Counted from the first letter of the stretch, positions 46,701-55,950 are shown. The stretch: DNA of 61,504 nt from a virus (IMGVR_UViG_3300022074_000039:1-61504); one strand, 5' to 3'. Notes: generated by a model not told the origin, from the sequence alone. A program made the numbers and translations.

Positions 46701-48293
46701 GGTTCGGTTAAATGGGCAAAAACGATTGGATCTGTTGGAACTCACTTTAAGAACGTATTGGGCAACCTGGGCTTTATGTGGTCCAATGGTCACACAGATC
46801 TTACGATGATTCGTGAGACGTTCAATACCGTGAGGAATGATTTAGGCAGCATGTCTGATGCAGATTTAAATGCAAAGATGCAGAAGTACATATCCTTAGG
46901 TATTGTAAAGCAAAATGTGGGGCTGGGAGAGGTAAGATCTATGCTTGGTGAAGAAGGCAGCTTTGACGATATCGTTTCCTCTAGGCTTGACAGCAGAGGA
47001 AAAAAAATGGCTCAGTCAGGCAAAAAGTTTGCCGAGGATTTGTATCAGGCTGAGGACGATTTCTTTAAAATAATTGCATACGAAAACGAAGTATCCCGTT
47101 ATTCAAATGCGGAGTACGGGGTCGAGCCATCCAAGCTTACAGGGCAGCAATCACAAGAGTTGGATGCTAAAGTTGCAGAAATAGTAAAAAACACCTATCC
47201 AACTTACAGCAGGACACCCGAAGCTGTTAGATTCTTGAAGTTGAATCCCGTCATAGGAAACTTTGTAAGCTTCCAGGCTGAGTCATACAGAACTGCCTTC
47301 AACATTATTGATACGGCTCAAAAGGAAATAAGATCAGATAACCCAGAGATAAGAAAGATAGGGGCCAAAAGACTGGCTGGCGTTACTACCTACCAAGGCG
47401 CAAAGACTGGATTGATAGCATATGGCGGTTCGGCTGCGGGTGCTGGACTTATGGGTGTAGCAGGAGCGTTAAATCCAGGTGCTACCGAGATAGAAAAACA
47501 AAGAGAAAAGGACATTAGGATGTATTTACCTTTTTGGTCTGAAAACAGCGACCTTTATGCTAGCAGCGGAGTTGAAAATGGAAAGTTCCGATACAGAGAC
47601 CTATCCGCTTCAGATCCTTTTGGCGGCATATCAAAAGTCATGAACGCTATCGCCCTGTCAGAGGGTGGCATAGACGGAGAGGTTAGCATGAACGCCTTTA
47701 TAGACGGGTATCTAGCTGTGCTTGAACCTTTTGTTGGCGTTGACATTGCTACGAGAAGAGGATTTAATTTGCTGAAAAACGAAGATGATTATGGTCGGCA
47801 GATATACAACCCAGAAGATTCTTTCTCAAACCAAACAAGAGAGATACTGAGCTATGGGTACGAAGTGCTAGAGCCTGGTACGTTTACTTCTTTGCGTAAA
47901 ATCTACAATTCTGAAGAAAAACTCAATGAGTTGTTTGGTCAAGCTACTGGCTTAAAAGAGTTTGAAGTGGACTTTGAAGAGCAATTTGGCTTCAAAGCCA
48001 AGGCTCTGGGCGAGCGTATGGCTGATGCAAGAGACCTTAGAAAGAAGAACGCTGACTATGAAACAGACTTTTATGAACAAGAGTCTGTTGATTTGGCAAA
48101 CGATGCGCTAGAAAAAATAGAAGAAGAGATTAGAGAGTTCGCAAGAGCAGCAAATAGACTGGGTGTTCCAGAGGAGTTTCTTATAGAAAAGATGCGTCGC
48201 ATGACAAAGTCTGAAGGCAACGTAAGCCTTTCAGAAGAAAGAGCAAGAGATATATACAACGGTATATTTGTACCACTAACAACAGAGAGATGA
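43719..48293 (+). CDS. Large internal virion/ejection protein
   Basis: 1524 aa with Gly/Ala hydrophobic segment; YQAEDDFFK and GNFVSF.AE..R motifs of large phage core proteins. Confidence 0.6.
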   Translation: MEDKFSQLYDYLSKNQNYSSLFPEGTTQDSFKQMYVSGERPIGRLFQGLSMEEQLPFDLGNLSQFSEDYFGVKKKESTVPFEGVAGDQELQQAFPSARPSTVASSRADQLVSQGDGALDFTVRPGLFGFNDISIKPERQFLQGNLGNNVNKTPIVGGLFDQYSRALAVGFSNFKTIDETRAMFAGPDEETVEAYYNSMLEHQQRIDQYGESAAMKEFLKSAREYVDGGNAFGGLKAMLENPSVVPEFLLQSGLNMIDPEAIKSGLKVLTTGVVAGGGIGMSFGGPLGAVPGALAGGAMSVPFAMAAINGEVDIVMSSAEFLNEELEKAGLDFEPEAILQILSDDEKYKSIRNRAVARGNTVMTVDAAFGAVASNALRALRVANRISDKVLVASELAGEVAAGAGGESLARSVAGQEQDPLETGIEAGVSLFTTGPTNLASTYVGMRRDKMLNGEIERLVSANNTKAYFINDGRLDADGFSDFIETATNEQLLNTNIRVDNDPRMLGFVEGKLERAQIENGLPEGVSDQQRAQLIELETRLKRLDGSTNRSAESVRKKLRSEIDDIVENIEAPTTAPVEPSLTGDPASPEATVSQAEIDAAQAADQQQAAETQTMRSQQTQEARSLRQRQEAEGVYFEKSYSFSNPKEFLADVLNNKTKLQRKWLRASRLNPRSVFDAVEAKQAFISSEMSKVQAHAKEFGRIEASIAKESRNDWAQQFDALLRGGEPGELMNSQSISLAREMRTNVDNLSLRLVNEGAVKMSEVDKVLSNLDTYLTRSYKLFEQRGYKNQLASAEGQEIVNKAKLRLRADNYEGVVDLAQRDAFGSETYTAENNPDQLKFEELLEQRLDAKVSGILNRDGNSFAGNPKLASKDLNVLKERKEIPVEIRALMGEFSDPLQNYAQTILRQSQLAENHRALTTIRDKGKGVYLFDQPQGAFDTLIASEGSESLSPLNGLYTTKEVAEEFNKAGANMDFSGPSEKIMGNFFSGWLKVTGSVKWAKTIGSVGTHFKNVLGNLGFMWSNGHTDLTMIRETFNTVRNDLGSMSDADLNAKMQKYISLGIVKQNVGLGEVRSMLGEEGSFDDIVSSRLDSRGKKMAQSGKKFAEDLYQAEDDFFKIIAYENEVSRYSNAEYGVEPSKLTGQQSQELDAKVAEIVKNTYPTYSRTPEAVRFLKLNPVIGNFVSFQAESYRTAFNIIDTAQKEIRSDNPEIRKIGAKRLAGVTTYQGAKTGLIAYGGSAAGAGLMGVAGALNPGATEIEKQREKDIRMYLPFWSENSDLYASSGVENGKFRYRDLSASDPFGGISKVMNAIALSEGGIDGEVSMNAFIDGYLAVLEPFVGVDIATRRGFNLLKNEDDYGRQIYNPEDSFSNQTREILSYGYEVLEPGTFTSLRKIYNSEEKLNELFGQATGLKEFEVDFEEQFGFKAKALGERMADARDLRKKNADYETDFYEQESVDLANDALEKIEEEIREFARAANRLGVPEEFLIEKMRRMTKSEGNVSLSEERARDIYNGIFVPLTTER

Positions 48294-48727
48294 GTGAGAA
48301 GAAGAAAATAAAAAACACGAAGCTTGGGGCTTGGCTAAAGAGTAAGGCGCCTAACGTACTCGACACGGTAGGGGAGCTGTTGCCAGACCAGGGGGCTCTG
48401 GGGATAGTAAAGAATCTGATTGACAAAGATCCCGAAGTAAATACCGATGAAGGTGCAGCTATGGTAGATGCAGAGATAGAGTTCCAGAAGAACGTAACCG
48501 AGCGATGGAAGGCAGACATGGGCAGCGATGTAAAGCTTGCTAAGTTGATTCGTCCCATCACCCTGATCGCTTTGATGAGCATGTTCATGATTACCATGAT
48601 CCTCGACAGTCTGGATAACTGGCCGTTCAATGTAAAGGACAGCTACATAGACTTGTTGCAAGTGCTCATGCTCACAGCTTTTGGTGCATACTTTGCAGGT
48701 AGAACGATTGAGAAAGCGAAGCGATGA
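48290..48727 (+). CDS. Holin-like membrane protein
   Basis: RW.ADM.SD..L.K.IRP followed by two TM segments and AYF.GR..EK (3TM-holin-like family). Confidence 0.7.
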   Translation: MSEKKKIKNTKLGAWLKSKAPNVLDTVGELLPDQGALGIVKNLIDKDPEVNTDEGAAMVDAEIEFQKNVTERWKADMGSDVKLAKLIRPITLIALMSMFMITMILDSLDNWPFNVKDSYIDLLQVLMLTAFGAYFAGRTIEKAKR

Positions 48728-49566
48728 AGATAAAGAAGTATCCACATGGCGGTGTCCACCGACCAGTAGCGGAGTCAACATCTGTTCAGATGCCTGACCC
48801 TAAAGCATTGCAGGCCCTTGAGGATGCGGAGAGATTGAGCTCTGTAAGAAGACAAGAGGAAATAAATACATTGGGCTACCCTGCTAGTCATGGTGGTTCG
48901 GTAAGGTCAGTAAACCCGTTGTTTGACATCCTCTCGATTGGCGGACCAAAGTTTTTTTCTCAAATAGGTAAAGCTGGGATCAAGCAAATAGCCAAGTTTA
49001 TAGGCAACACACCCAAGACTCAGCTTGACAACATGGCGCCAAGAGATATCGTGCTCAAGGCGTTAGACCCTATGGACGAGCTGGCTGAACGCAGAGCCAA
49101 AGAGAACCTTGAGTTTGTATCTGAAAGAGCGATTAAGCAGGCTGGTGCAGAAGACTCTGGGGCGCTAATAAACTTGCAATCTAGATCCGATGCTTTGCTT
49201 GATGACGCCATGGCAAAAGAGATTTCAGAAAGACTCAGGCTTGGCAGGAAAGCAGATGATATATTCAGTCAGGCTTTGGTGGATGACGTGACTAGAGTTC
49301 GAAATGTTGGTAGCGCTAAAGATGTTTCTAGAATTGAAAACTTGCCTGGTTACGACAAGGCAGATGAGTACGCAAAGCTTTTTGAAGAGCTGGGGTTGAG
49401 CAAGGATCAGGCTATGACTCTGCTAGAGGAAAGATTCATGATGGACCCAGACGCTGTAAGATTGCCTTTGAGCGCATATGGTAAGCAAACTAAACGTCTG
49501 AACAGATACGGCGGTGTTGTGCCAAAGAAGAAGAAGAAAAAAGGCATGAGGGTCAAGAAGAGATGA
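48724..49566 (+). CDS. Hypothetical protein with xxGG motifs
   Basis: KYPHGGVH identical to ORF 4737; NRYGG; basic tail. Confidence 0.75.
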   Translation: MKIKKYPHGGVHRPVAESTSVQMPDPKALQALEDAERLSSVRRQEEINTLGYPASHGGSVRSVNPLFDILSIGGPKFFSQIGKAGIKQIAKFIGNTPKTQLDNMAPRDIVLKALDPMDELAERRAKENLEFVSERAIKQAGAEDSGALINLQSRSDALLDDAMAKEISERLRLGRKADDIFSQALVDDVTRVRNVGSAKDVSRIENLPGYDKADEYAKLFEELGLSKDQAMTLLEERFMMDPDAVRLPLSAYGKQTKRLNRYGGVVPKKKKKKGMRVKKR

Positions 49567-49859
49567 GAACTAAAAAGAGAGACCCCAAGGTGGGTACGGG
49601 CAAGAAGCCCAAGGGATCAGACAGGAGGCTGTATACTGACGAAAATCCGAAGGACACTGTTCGGATAAAGTTTGCTACCCCCGCTGACGCTAGGGCTACG
49701 GTAGCCAAAGTGAAGAGGGTCAATAAACCGTTTGCTAGAAAGATACAGATCCTTACAGTTCTTGAGCAACGAGCTAAAGTCGCTAAGAAGCTAGAGCAAG
49801 CTAGGATAGCTAAGGCTGGTAAAGAAGCCATACGCAGAGCACACAACCGTAAGGCTTAG
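49563..49859 (+). CDS. Conserved basic phage protein
   Basis: GTGKKPKGS.RRLYTDENPKDTV.IKF.T. Confidence 0.8.
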   Translation: MRTKKRDPKVGTGKKPKGSDRRLYTDENPKDTVRIKFATPADARATVAKVKRVNKPFARKIQILTVLEQRAKVAKKLEQARIAKAGKEAIRRAHNRKA

Positions 49860-50350
49860 TAATCCGTCTTGTACTTCCAGGTCCTGTAAGAGCTAATAGA
49901 CTTTAGGTCGGACAGATTAATTCTAGTGATTACATCCTCCCTGTTTTTTCTCTGATATTTCTTTTTGTATGCGTCAGCTTTGTCTGTAACCATAACGTCC
50001 TCTACGTGATCTTCGCAGTACTTCCTTAGGTCTTTGGTATCTACTACGCAGAAGCCTCCCTCTTCAGGCATATCAAATGCTACGATGCTGGAGTAGCCGT
50101 ACATCCATCCAGGATTCCCATTTACGTTTCTGAACTCGCACCATATCTCGTCAGGTAGATTGTTTCCTTTCACGTCCACCCCGTGATTTGACCCACCCTC
50201 AAAGCTCAACCAATAGTCTACATGCATGTGTATGTCTTCCGAGCTGCGGCTCTTCATGACTTTTAGTCCGAGCTCTTCTGCCGCTCTTTTGAAGCGCGTT
50301 TCAGCTACCCAGCCCGTCTTCGAAGAGTATCTTCGCCTGCTCTCCTTCAT
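49856..50350 (-). CDS. PD-(D/E)xK-type nuclease-like protein
   Basis: G..AE..F, D...H.DY, VDVK, W.E..N..G..GW. Confidence 0.6.
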   Translation of the reverse strand: MKESRRRYSSKTGWVAETRFKRAAEELGLKVMKSRSSEDIHMHVDYWLSFEGGSNHGVDVKGNNLPDEIWCEFRNVNGNPGWMYGYSSIVAFDMPEEGGFCVVDTKDLRKYCEDHVEDVMVTDKADAYKKKYQRKNREDVITRINLSDLKSISSYRTWKYKTDY

Positions 50351-50582
50351 CGTAATTTGATTCAAAGTGTTCGTAACATGCATCTTTTACTAAGTCTAAT
50401 TCGTGATCAAGCATAACTTTCATGACGATCAGCATGTTGGCGACAACGCCTGGGTTTATGCAGGGGCTACCGTTTTTGTCATGCAGATCTTCGTAGAAGT
50501 CTGTTACTATACTATGCAGCCTTATCGTCGCTATTAAGTAGCTTTCGGCTAGCTGCTCTTTTGTTAGCTCTTTGTTTACCAT
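50301..50582 (-). CDS. Hypothetical protein
   Basis: ORF overlapping its neighbours in the replication operon. Confidence 0.65.
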   Translation of the reverse strand: MVNKELTKEQLAESYLIATIRLHSIVTDFYEDLHDKNGSPCINPGVVANMLIVMKVMLDHELDLVKDACYEHFESNYDEGEQAKILFEDGLGS

Positions 50583-51030
50583 ACCCTAGTTCTTTAATCT
50601 TTTCTATCGCCTGTTCTATCTGACCTTTGTTTTTGCAAATGAACAAAGCTGGGACTGGTTTTCCTGAGTCTATCAAGTGATTGAGGAACAGCTTCCAACG
50701 CATCGGAAAATCATGATGCGAAGGAGTGTACCCCTTGGTTTCGATTATCCATCCCTCGCCTGGTCCAACGAAGTCTGGTGTGTATTTAATTGGTAAAACG
50801 ACTCTATTGCTCCTGTCGGAGAGGTCTTTCGCCTTGGACGTCATCTTCAAGTACGTGCCTGGGTATCTGAACTTATCAAGCAGGACGTATTCGTGTTGCT
50901 CGTAAGAAAACTTAAGTCCAGATCCAGACAAAAGATCAGCGCAGGTCTTCTCTAAACCGCTTTTGTACTTTCCTAAGTTCTTTTTTTTGGCGGTTTTGCG
51001 TCTAGCAGTTCCTTTTTTGCTACGCTTCAC
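50512..51030 (-). CDS. Endonuclease I-like Holliday junction resolvase
   Basis: YKSGLE...YE...YTPDF...IIETKG as in T7 gp3; GTG start uncertain. Confidence 0.8.
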   Translation of the reverse strand: MKRSKKGTARRKTAKKKNLGKYKSGLEKTCADLLSGSGLKFSYEQHEYVLLDKFRYPGTYLKMTSKAKDLSDRSNRVVLPIKYTPDFVGPGEGWIIETKGYTPSHHDFPMRWKLFLNHLIDSGKPVPALFICKNKGQIEQAIEKIKELGYGKQRANKRAASRKLLNSDDKAA

Positions 51031-51046
51031 GACCAAAATATACACC

Positions 51047-52864
51047 TTATTCGTTCAAAAACGAGTCGTTTCTAGGAAAATTAAAGTTTGATTGACTTCC
51101 ACCATCTAAATCTAGGCTACCGAACAGATCCTTCTGGGTCTTGTACATCCTAAATCCTGTGCGTGAAGTATTCATCTCAAATCTGACTGGCTCTTCGATT
51201 GGCGTTGGCTCTCCGCCCGTTTCTACGTCGCGCACTTTACGTATGTGAAGTTCTGTAATCTTTCTATCAGACGGAATGGGATGCTGCACCTTTCTGTGAA
51301 TCGTCATAAAACAATCCGACCTGTTTACAAACTTTCCACCACCTTCTGTGTCCTCTGCATACGGTGCAATCGGCAAGCCATCGCTTCCTTTCCTGCGTTG
51401 CGCTTCTGTCACGGCATGCATGTTCAGCCAGACTGCTACGTTCTGAGAGGTAGATAGAGTCAAAAACTCTGAGGCAGCTTCATAGTGGTAGTCATGCACC
51501 CCAATAGAGCTGTTCTTCATGTCTAACTTCAGGCTGTTGTATGGATCAACAAAGACCCCGTCCACTGGCTGCTGCTTAAGTATCTTTTCTAAAAACAGGA
51601 TAATATCAGAGTAGCTGTATATCTGCTTGTTGCTGATAATCGTAAAGTGTTTGCCCAGCCACTCGTATGCCTTCTTGCGTTCGGCATGAGTCATAGAAGA
51701 TATGTTCTTATTTAAGGCAAACTGAATTAATGACATCTTCAAAGAAGCCGTTCTATTTTCCGAAGAGTACACCACCCAGTTCCATTTGTGGCGCACCGTG
51801 GAGTTGATCATCATGTACAATGCCATCGTGGTTTTACCTACGTTGCTGTGACCATTGATGATTACAAACTCCTTCTTGTATCTAAAGTATTTATCTAGCT
51901 CAGGGTCTCCTGTATCTAACCCTATGGGTATTTTACCTTCAGCAAAATCCTCAATCCACCTGAAGTCTTCGTCATCGGATGATATGAAGGACATATCCCC
52001 GTCGTTAATCAACAGCTCCCTTCTGACTTTCTTTTCGTCATCTATGGTGACCGTGATGGGATCTTGCTTTCCTTTATCTAAGGCCTCACGTATTGTGCGT
52101 ATAGTGTGCTCCTCATCCTCAACGTCGCGCTTAAGTATTTCCCTGGTGAGTACGCGAATGACCTCCTGCTCCTCCATCCTGCCAGCAGACACGAACCCAC
52201 CACATAGCCTAGCCGCACGTAAAAGCGTATTGTGTTTTTCCCCGTCGGGAGCTTGACGTATCATCTTCGCCGCTAAGTTTAGCTTGACGTAGTCGGTATA
52301 GTCTATCGCTTGAGATGATGCTACTTGTTCTTTCTTTTCTTCAGATGCAAAGGCGCCAAAAAGATGACTGCTCTCGTTTACTACAATGTCAGGGTCGTAT
52401 GACTCGTAGCAGGCTCTAGATTCGTTTATTCCCGTGCTGTCTACATCTAGCTGGTATTGCTTGTCGAAGTAGTCTACAAGGGCTCTAAAATGGTCCCTGT
52501 GGCGTTCAGGATTGGTAATCCTTACCAAAGCCTTTAATCCATCACCTGATGGAGATATCCAACACGAATACACGTATGGATCAGTTGCAAGTATTGGCTT
52601 TGATTTTACTACATCAATGTGGTCAAAGTCTAACACCACAAAGGAGCTGTGCTTTTCAATCCCCTCGTCTTTCCTATCACCAAACTCTCCGCTAAACAAG
52701 ACAACTGGCAGGCTTTTCTTAAAACTCTTGTCCCCTCCCCGTATCTTTTTTATTGTCTCTTCAGAACTCCCTTCTTTGATTCTTCTTAAAGCATCTGCAA
52801 TAGCGACTGTGTATGCATCGTTCTTCGCCTTCTTGAAGATGTTTTTATAGATGGTTACTCGCAT
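51047..52864 (-). CDS. Primase-helicase: BT4734/VirE-N-like N-terminus fused to DnaB-like (SF4) helicase
   Basis: K..LP...FSG.F, LDFDH, SPSGDGLK; Walker A GHSNVGKT, SSEN, VDPYN, H.RKVR. Confidence 0.85.
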   Translation of the reverse strand: MRVTIYKNIFKKAKNDAYTVAIADALRRIKEGSSEETIKKIRGGDKSFKKSLPVVLFSGEFGDRKDEGIEKHSSFVVLDFDHIDVVKSKPILATDPYVYSCWISPSGDGLKALVRITNPERHRDHFRALVDYFDKQYQLDVDSTGINESRACYESYDPDIVVNESSHLFGAFASEEKKEQVASSQAIDYTDYVKLNLAAKMIRQAPDGEKHNTLLRAARLCGGFVSAGRMEEQEVIRVLTREILKRDVEDEEHTIRTIREALDKGKQDPITVTIDDEKKVRRELLINDGDMSFISSDDEDFRWIEDFAEGKIPIGLDTGDPELDKYFRYKKEFVIINGHSNVGKTTMALYMMINSTVRHKWNWVVYSSENRTASLKMSLIQFALNKNISSMTHAERKKAYEWLGKHFTIISNKQIYSYSDIILFLEKILKQQPVDGVFVDPYNSLKLDMKNSSIGVHDYHYEAASEFLTLSTSQNVAVWLNMHAVTEAQRRKGSDGLPIAPYAEDTEGGGKFVNRSDCFMTIHRKVQHPIPSDRKITELHIRKVRDVETGGEPTPIEEPVRFEMNTSRTGFRMYKTQKDLFGSLDLDGGSQSNFNFPRNDSFLNE

Positions 52865-53096
52865 CGGAAGTAGTTCCTACTTGTTTGATTGATTCTATCC
52901 CTTGTATTATTATTCTTCTGTTCTTGGCCTTGGGAGGCAACAGCTCCCTATCAAGACGCGCCATGGTCCACTGGTCGTAAGCCATGATATCTTTTGGGTT
53001 ATCGTACCTACTTACGATCCATACCGATCTCTTCTGTAAGAATTTTTTCTTGTGGAATCTGACCGTAGCGGTCATGTAGTATATAGGCTTGCCCAT
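52845..53096 (-). CDS. Hypothetical protein
   Basis: ORF overlapping the primase start. Confidence 0.65.
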   Translation of the reverse strand: MGKPIYYMTATVRFHKKKFLQKRSVWIVSRYDNPKDIMAYDQWTMARLDRELLPPKAKNRRIIIQGIESIKQVGTTSDASNHL

Positions 53097-53106
53097 GCGT
53101 AAGGGG

Positions 53107-53140
53107 AAAGAAAGGGGGTGGAGCTCAAGCCCACACCCCC
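53107..53140 (-). terminator. Possible terminator after ssb
   Basis: GGGG.GTGG...CCACCCC hairpin followed by a pyrimidine tract. Confidence 0.5.
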
Positions 53141-53170
53141 AATCGATGCGTAAACCCTTTTACTCCTATG

Positions 53171-53473
53171 CTAGAACGGAAGGTCAGTAGCCTTACCGTT
53201 TTTTGCCTGATTGTTTCGGCGCTCCTGAGCAGCTTCGCTGTTCGGGTCCCACACGCTAAGGCATGCCTTACCCGCTTGAGACATAAATAGTTTGAAGCGC
53301 ACATTACCGCCTTGACCATTCGCATCACGCTTGGTGGTGTACTGGTCAACGCAGTCTTTCAGTTCGTTGTCCTTGAGGCGGAAACTCCACCCCATCAACT
53401 CACCGTTTTCATTGTAGCTGGGCTCATCAGCCCAACCTACGAGAACACTCTCGTACTTTTTCTTTTCACTCAT
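53171..53473 (-). CDS. ssb: Single-stranded DNA-binding protein (putative)
   Basis: C-terminal DLPF tip; next to exonuclease and SSAP. Confidence 0.6.
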   Translation of the reverse strand: MSEKKKYESVLVGWADEPSYNENGELMGWSFRLKDNELKDCVDQYTTKRDANGQGGNVRFKLFMSQAGKACLSVWDPNSEAAQERRNNQAKNGKATDLPF

Positions 53474-53551
53474 GATTAGAGGATTATAAAGATTAAAATA
53501 AATAGAATTACTGGTATGAGACCTTCAAAAATCTCTTCCGTGTGTTTGTCA

Positions 53552-54334
53552 TTAAACTTCATACTGTAAGTAATCTTTTGTTGGGTCGTAGTCTTCTCTC
53601 AAGAAGGTTCTGATCCTGTTTATTGCATCATTGAATTTCATTTCTCCCACAAAGATTGTCTCGTCTGTACACTTGACAAGCGCTGGAAGGTACGGATAAG
53701 TTTTCTCCTGCACAACCCAATAGAAGTCTTTTATTCCAAAAACCTTCGTGTATATGTAAGCCTGTATGTCGTAACAGAAGTCTCTCACGGCGTACCGAAA
53801 CTTCTCTGCACTGCGAGCAGACTTGCTGTCGCTGATGAATCCGTTACCAAGGCAGTCGAGGAATCCTTTTACTTGTATTCCATTTATCTCTTCGAGAAAG
53901 CCTACTTGGTAGTCGCCCGCTAGGTAGGTGTCAAGTAAGCCACATGTAGCAAGGCGGTCAATCATATCGTTTGCCATCTTCCAATCATCGTGTGATACGA
54001 TTGTCTTTCCCTCCTGAAGGCTTTGCGTTTTCAAGAGCTGTACTGCCGCCTTATACTCTGAAGTCATAGATGGTTTCTTGGTATTTTTCGCTCTGTCAGA
54101 TAGCTGTGCCATGATGTGTGTCTCTGACATTACCACGTAGTGATTCATTGCTTTTTCTCTTTCGAAAAGCAGCATGTCGTACAACGTACCAAAATCAAGC
54201 GCGTCTGATTTGTACATAAGTTCACCTTTCATGTATCGGTCAAACTGAGCCATATCACCTAACGCCTGTTTTACTGATGAGTAGGACAGGTGTGACTTGT
54301 CGTATCGTTTCTTTAGTTCTTCGGGTATATTCAT
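53552..54334 (-). CDS. PD-(D/E)xK exonuclease (RecE/exonuclease VIII-like)
   Basis: LSYSS.K, A..FGT, KG.LD...I.D.KS, Y..QA..Y. Confidence 0.8.
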   Translation of the reverse strand: MNIPEELKKRYDKSHLSYSSVKQALGDMAQFDRYMKGELMYKSDALDFGTLYDMLLFEREKAMNHYVVMSETHIMAQLSDRAKNTKKPSMTSEYKAAVQLLKTQSLQEGKTIVSHDDWKMANDMIDRLATCGLLDTYLAGDYQVGFLEEINGIQVKGFLDCLGNGFISDSKSARSAEKFRYAVRDFCYDIQAYIYTKVFGIKDFYWVVQEKTYPYLPALVKCTDETIFVGEMKFNDAINRIRTFLREDYDPTKDYLQYEV

Positions 54335-54627
54335 TAGTCGTAAATTGCTCTTCCTTCTTCGTCTTTGTATTCGTATGTTTCAATCTCCGCCCAATGCGTG
54401 GGATCGCTTGGCGTAAGCCAAAATTTCTTGCCCTTGGAGTTGATGAAAAACTCTGCGATATCTATGTCACCCACGAAGTCTTTGTGCTTTATGAAAAAGA
54501 GGCCAGAGAAGTCTGGGTTACTATCTGATGTAGCAACCCATGACTTCTTCATCTTTAGCTTCAACGCAGATGCTCTAAATGCAGCATACTCTTTCGGGTC
54601 TGTCCTGACCCTATCAACTTTATTCAT
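54334..54627 (-). CDS. Hypothetical protein
   Basis: ORF with PTHW motif. Confidence 0.65.
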   Translation of the reverse strand: MNKVDRVRTDPKEYAAFRASALKLKMKKSWVATSDSNPDFSGLFFIKHKDFVGDIDIAEFFINSKGKKFWLTPSDPTHWAEIETYEYKDEEGRAIYD

Positions 54628-55136
54628 CTAACAAACTTCTTCAGCCCTGCTATTTGCTTCTCTGTGAGCTGATCGCCTTTCTGCTTTATGATTAAATCAA
54701 AGGCTTTTTTCTTGTCTGTTTGAGACTTCAGGTATGCCACGGCCTTGTCCATCATATTCTCTTCGGGCTCTGACTTCTCTTGCTTTGCGATAGCATCTGA
54801 CACTTCGTTGGCTGAAGCGATAGAAGTTTCTATGCCTATGCCCAGCATTGCTAATGCTCTGCCTATGGCTGATGTCTCGCAGTTTTCTATGAAGCTCGTC
54901 TTGTTAATCATGCTGCTTCCATGCACTTCGTGTGCGTGACCTGTAGCTATAATGCGATGCTCTGTGTCTGCTACTGATGCCTTGCACACACATTGATCGG
55001 ACTCAAGCAACGGGAACTCCGTTATTAGACTCCAGTTTTTGTATTGGTCTTCTTGCCTAAAGAACTTGATTCGCTCGTTGACTTCTACGTAGTCCTTGCC
55101 TTTAATCTTCGTTGTTTTGAACTTGTAGTTGCTCAT
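54624..55136 (-). CDS. Single-strand annealing protein (Rad52/Sak-like)
   Basis: KGK.YV.V.ER, ATG.A.E, ENCETSA.GRAL..LGIG. Confidence 0.75.
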   Translation of the reverse strand: MSNYKFKTTKIKGKDYVEVNERIKFFRQEDQYKNWSLITEFPLLESDQCVCKASVADTEHRIIATGHAHEVHGSSMINKTSFIENCETSAIGRALAMLGIGIETSIASANEVSDAIAKQEKSEPEENMMDKAVAYLKSQTDKKKAFDLIIKQKGDQLTEKQIAGLKKFVR

Positions 55137-55506
55137 TTGTTAACCTTTGATTTAATTGTTCTGCTACACCTTGTAGCGTTTTAATTCTTCTGTTTACCCG
55201 CGATATAGCGGATTGTATTTTTTCTCTCTTCAGCCAAGTGTCACACAGCGACCTCGCTAGGTCGTAGTTGTCTTTGTATCCTGCCCAATGCTCTAGGTTC
55301 GCCTTATGCTTGCGCTTGTGATGCAGCACGGTTGCGTGGTTCATCCCGAAAGACCTTGCTACGTTTACCACGGGCATCTCTTTGGTCATGGCAACCATCA
55401 TGGCTGCTCTGGGCTGTACTTGATAGGCTAATCTGCTGTTGTTTCTTGGGATGAGGTTGAGTTCTTTGTAGTACTCACTAAGCATCTTCTGAACTTTCAG
55501 TTCCAT
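55102..55506 (-). CDS. DnaA C-terminal-like HTH protein
   Basis: PR..MM...VARSFGMNHATVLH matches the DnaA domain IV signature. Confidence 0.65.
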   Translation of the reverse strand: MELKVQKMLSEYYKELNLIPRNNSRLAYQVQPRAAMMVAMTKEMPVVNVARSFGMNHATVLHHKRKHKANLEHWAGYKDNYDLARSLCDTWLKREKIQSAISRVNRRIKTLQGVAEQLNQRLTNEQLQVQNNED

Positions 55507-55524
55507 GAATTGAATTTTGTCCAC

Positions 55525-55556
55525 CAAACGTACAATCGAATTGTTAATAATCCAAG
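55525..55556 (-). promoter_or_regulatory. Bacteroidota-type promoter for the replication operon
   Basis: CTTG-N20-TACGTTTG. Confidence 0.7.
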
Positions 55557-55635
55557 AACAGGAGGAACTTTGTTTCTCAACGCTCTCTAACAGCGTGTCA
55601 CGGGATCTCCCCGCGCACCATGCGTCCCTCCCTGG

Positions 55636-55950
55636 TCAGCGTTCTGACCTCTTCTTCAAATCGTGATGTATCTGAGCGTACCTCACCATGCTCTCGGATA
55701 TGTTCAGTGTTGCTTCCATAAACTTACGCTGATATTCTTTTGTCTGCATTGATTCTTCGAAATGTTCTTCGGCTACGTTTGTGCCGTGTTTTACGAACTG
55801 TTCAAGGTGCTCGTGTACGGGCGTGTTAACCCAAAACTCTACGTCGAAGTCAACAATGTCTTGTATGGCAAATAAACGTGCTAGACGCGCTGGTGGCGAA
55901 TCATTTGGGTATTTTCTTTTAACAAATACTACGGCTTCGTGATTGGTCAT
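55636..55950 (-). CDS. Hypothetical protein
   Basis: ORF. Confidence 0.65.
   Translation of the reverse strand: MTNHEAVVFVKRKYPNDSPPARLARLFAIQDIVDFDVEFWVNTPVHEHLEQFVKHGTNVAEEHFEESMQTKEYQRKFMEATLNISESMVRYAQIHHDLKKRSER

Noticed and set aside
43719-48293. Virion RNA polymerase
   Set aside because: No DxDxD catalytic motif recognised, and early genes have host-type promoters.
4315-49859. Genome-wide TAG recoding as in some crAss-like phages
   Set aside because: ORFs are long under code 11, TAG ends terL, 25800, 30593 and 31474 at sensible boundaries, and no CTA tRNA is present.
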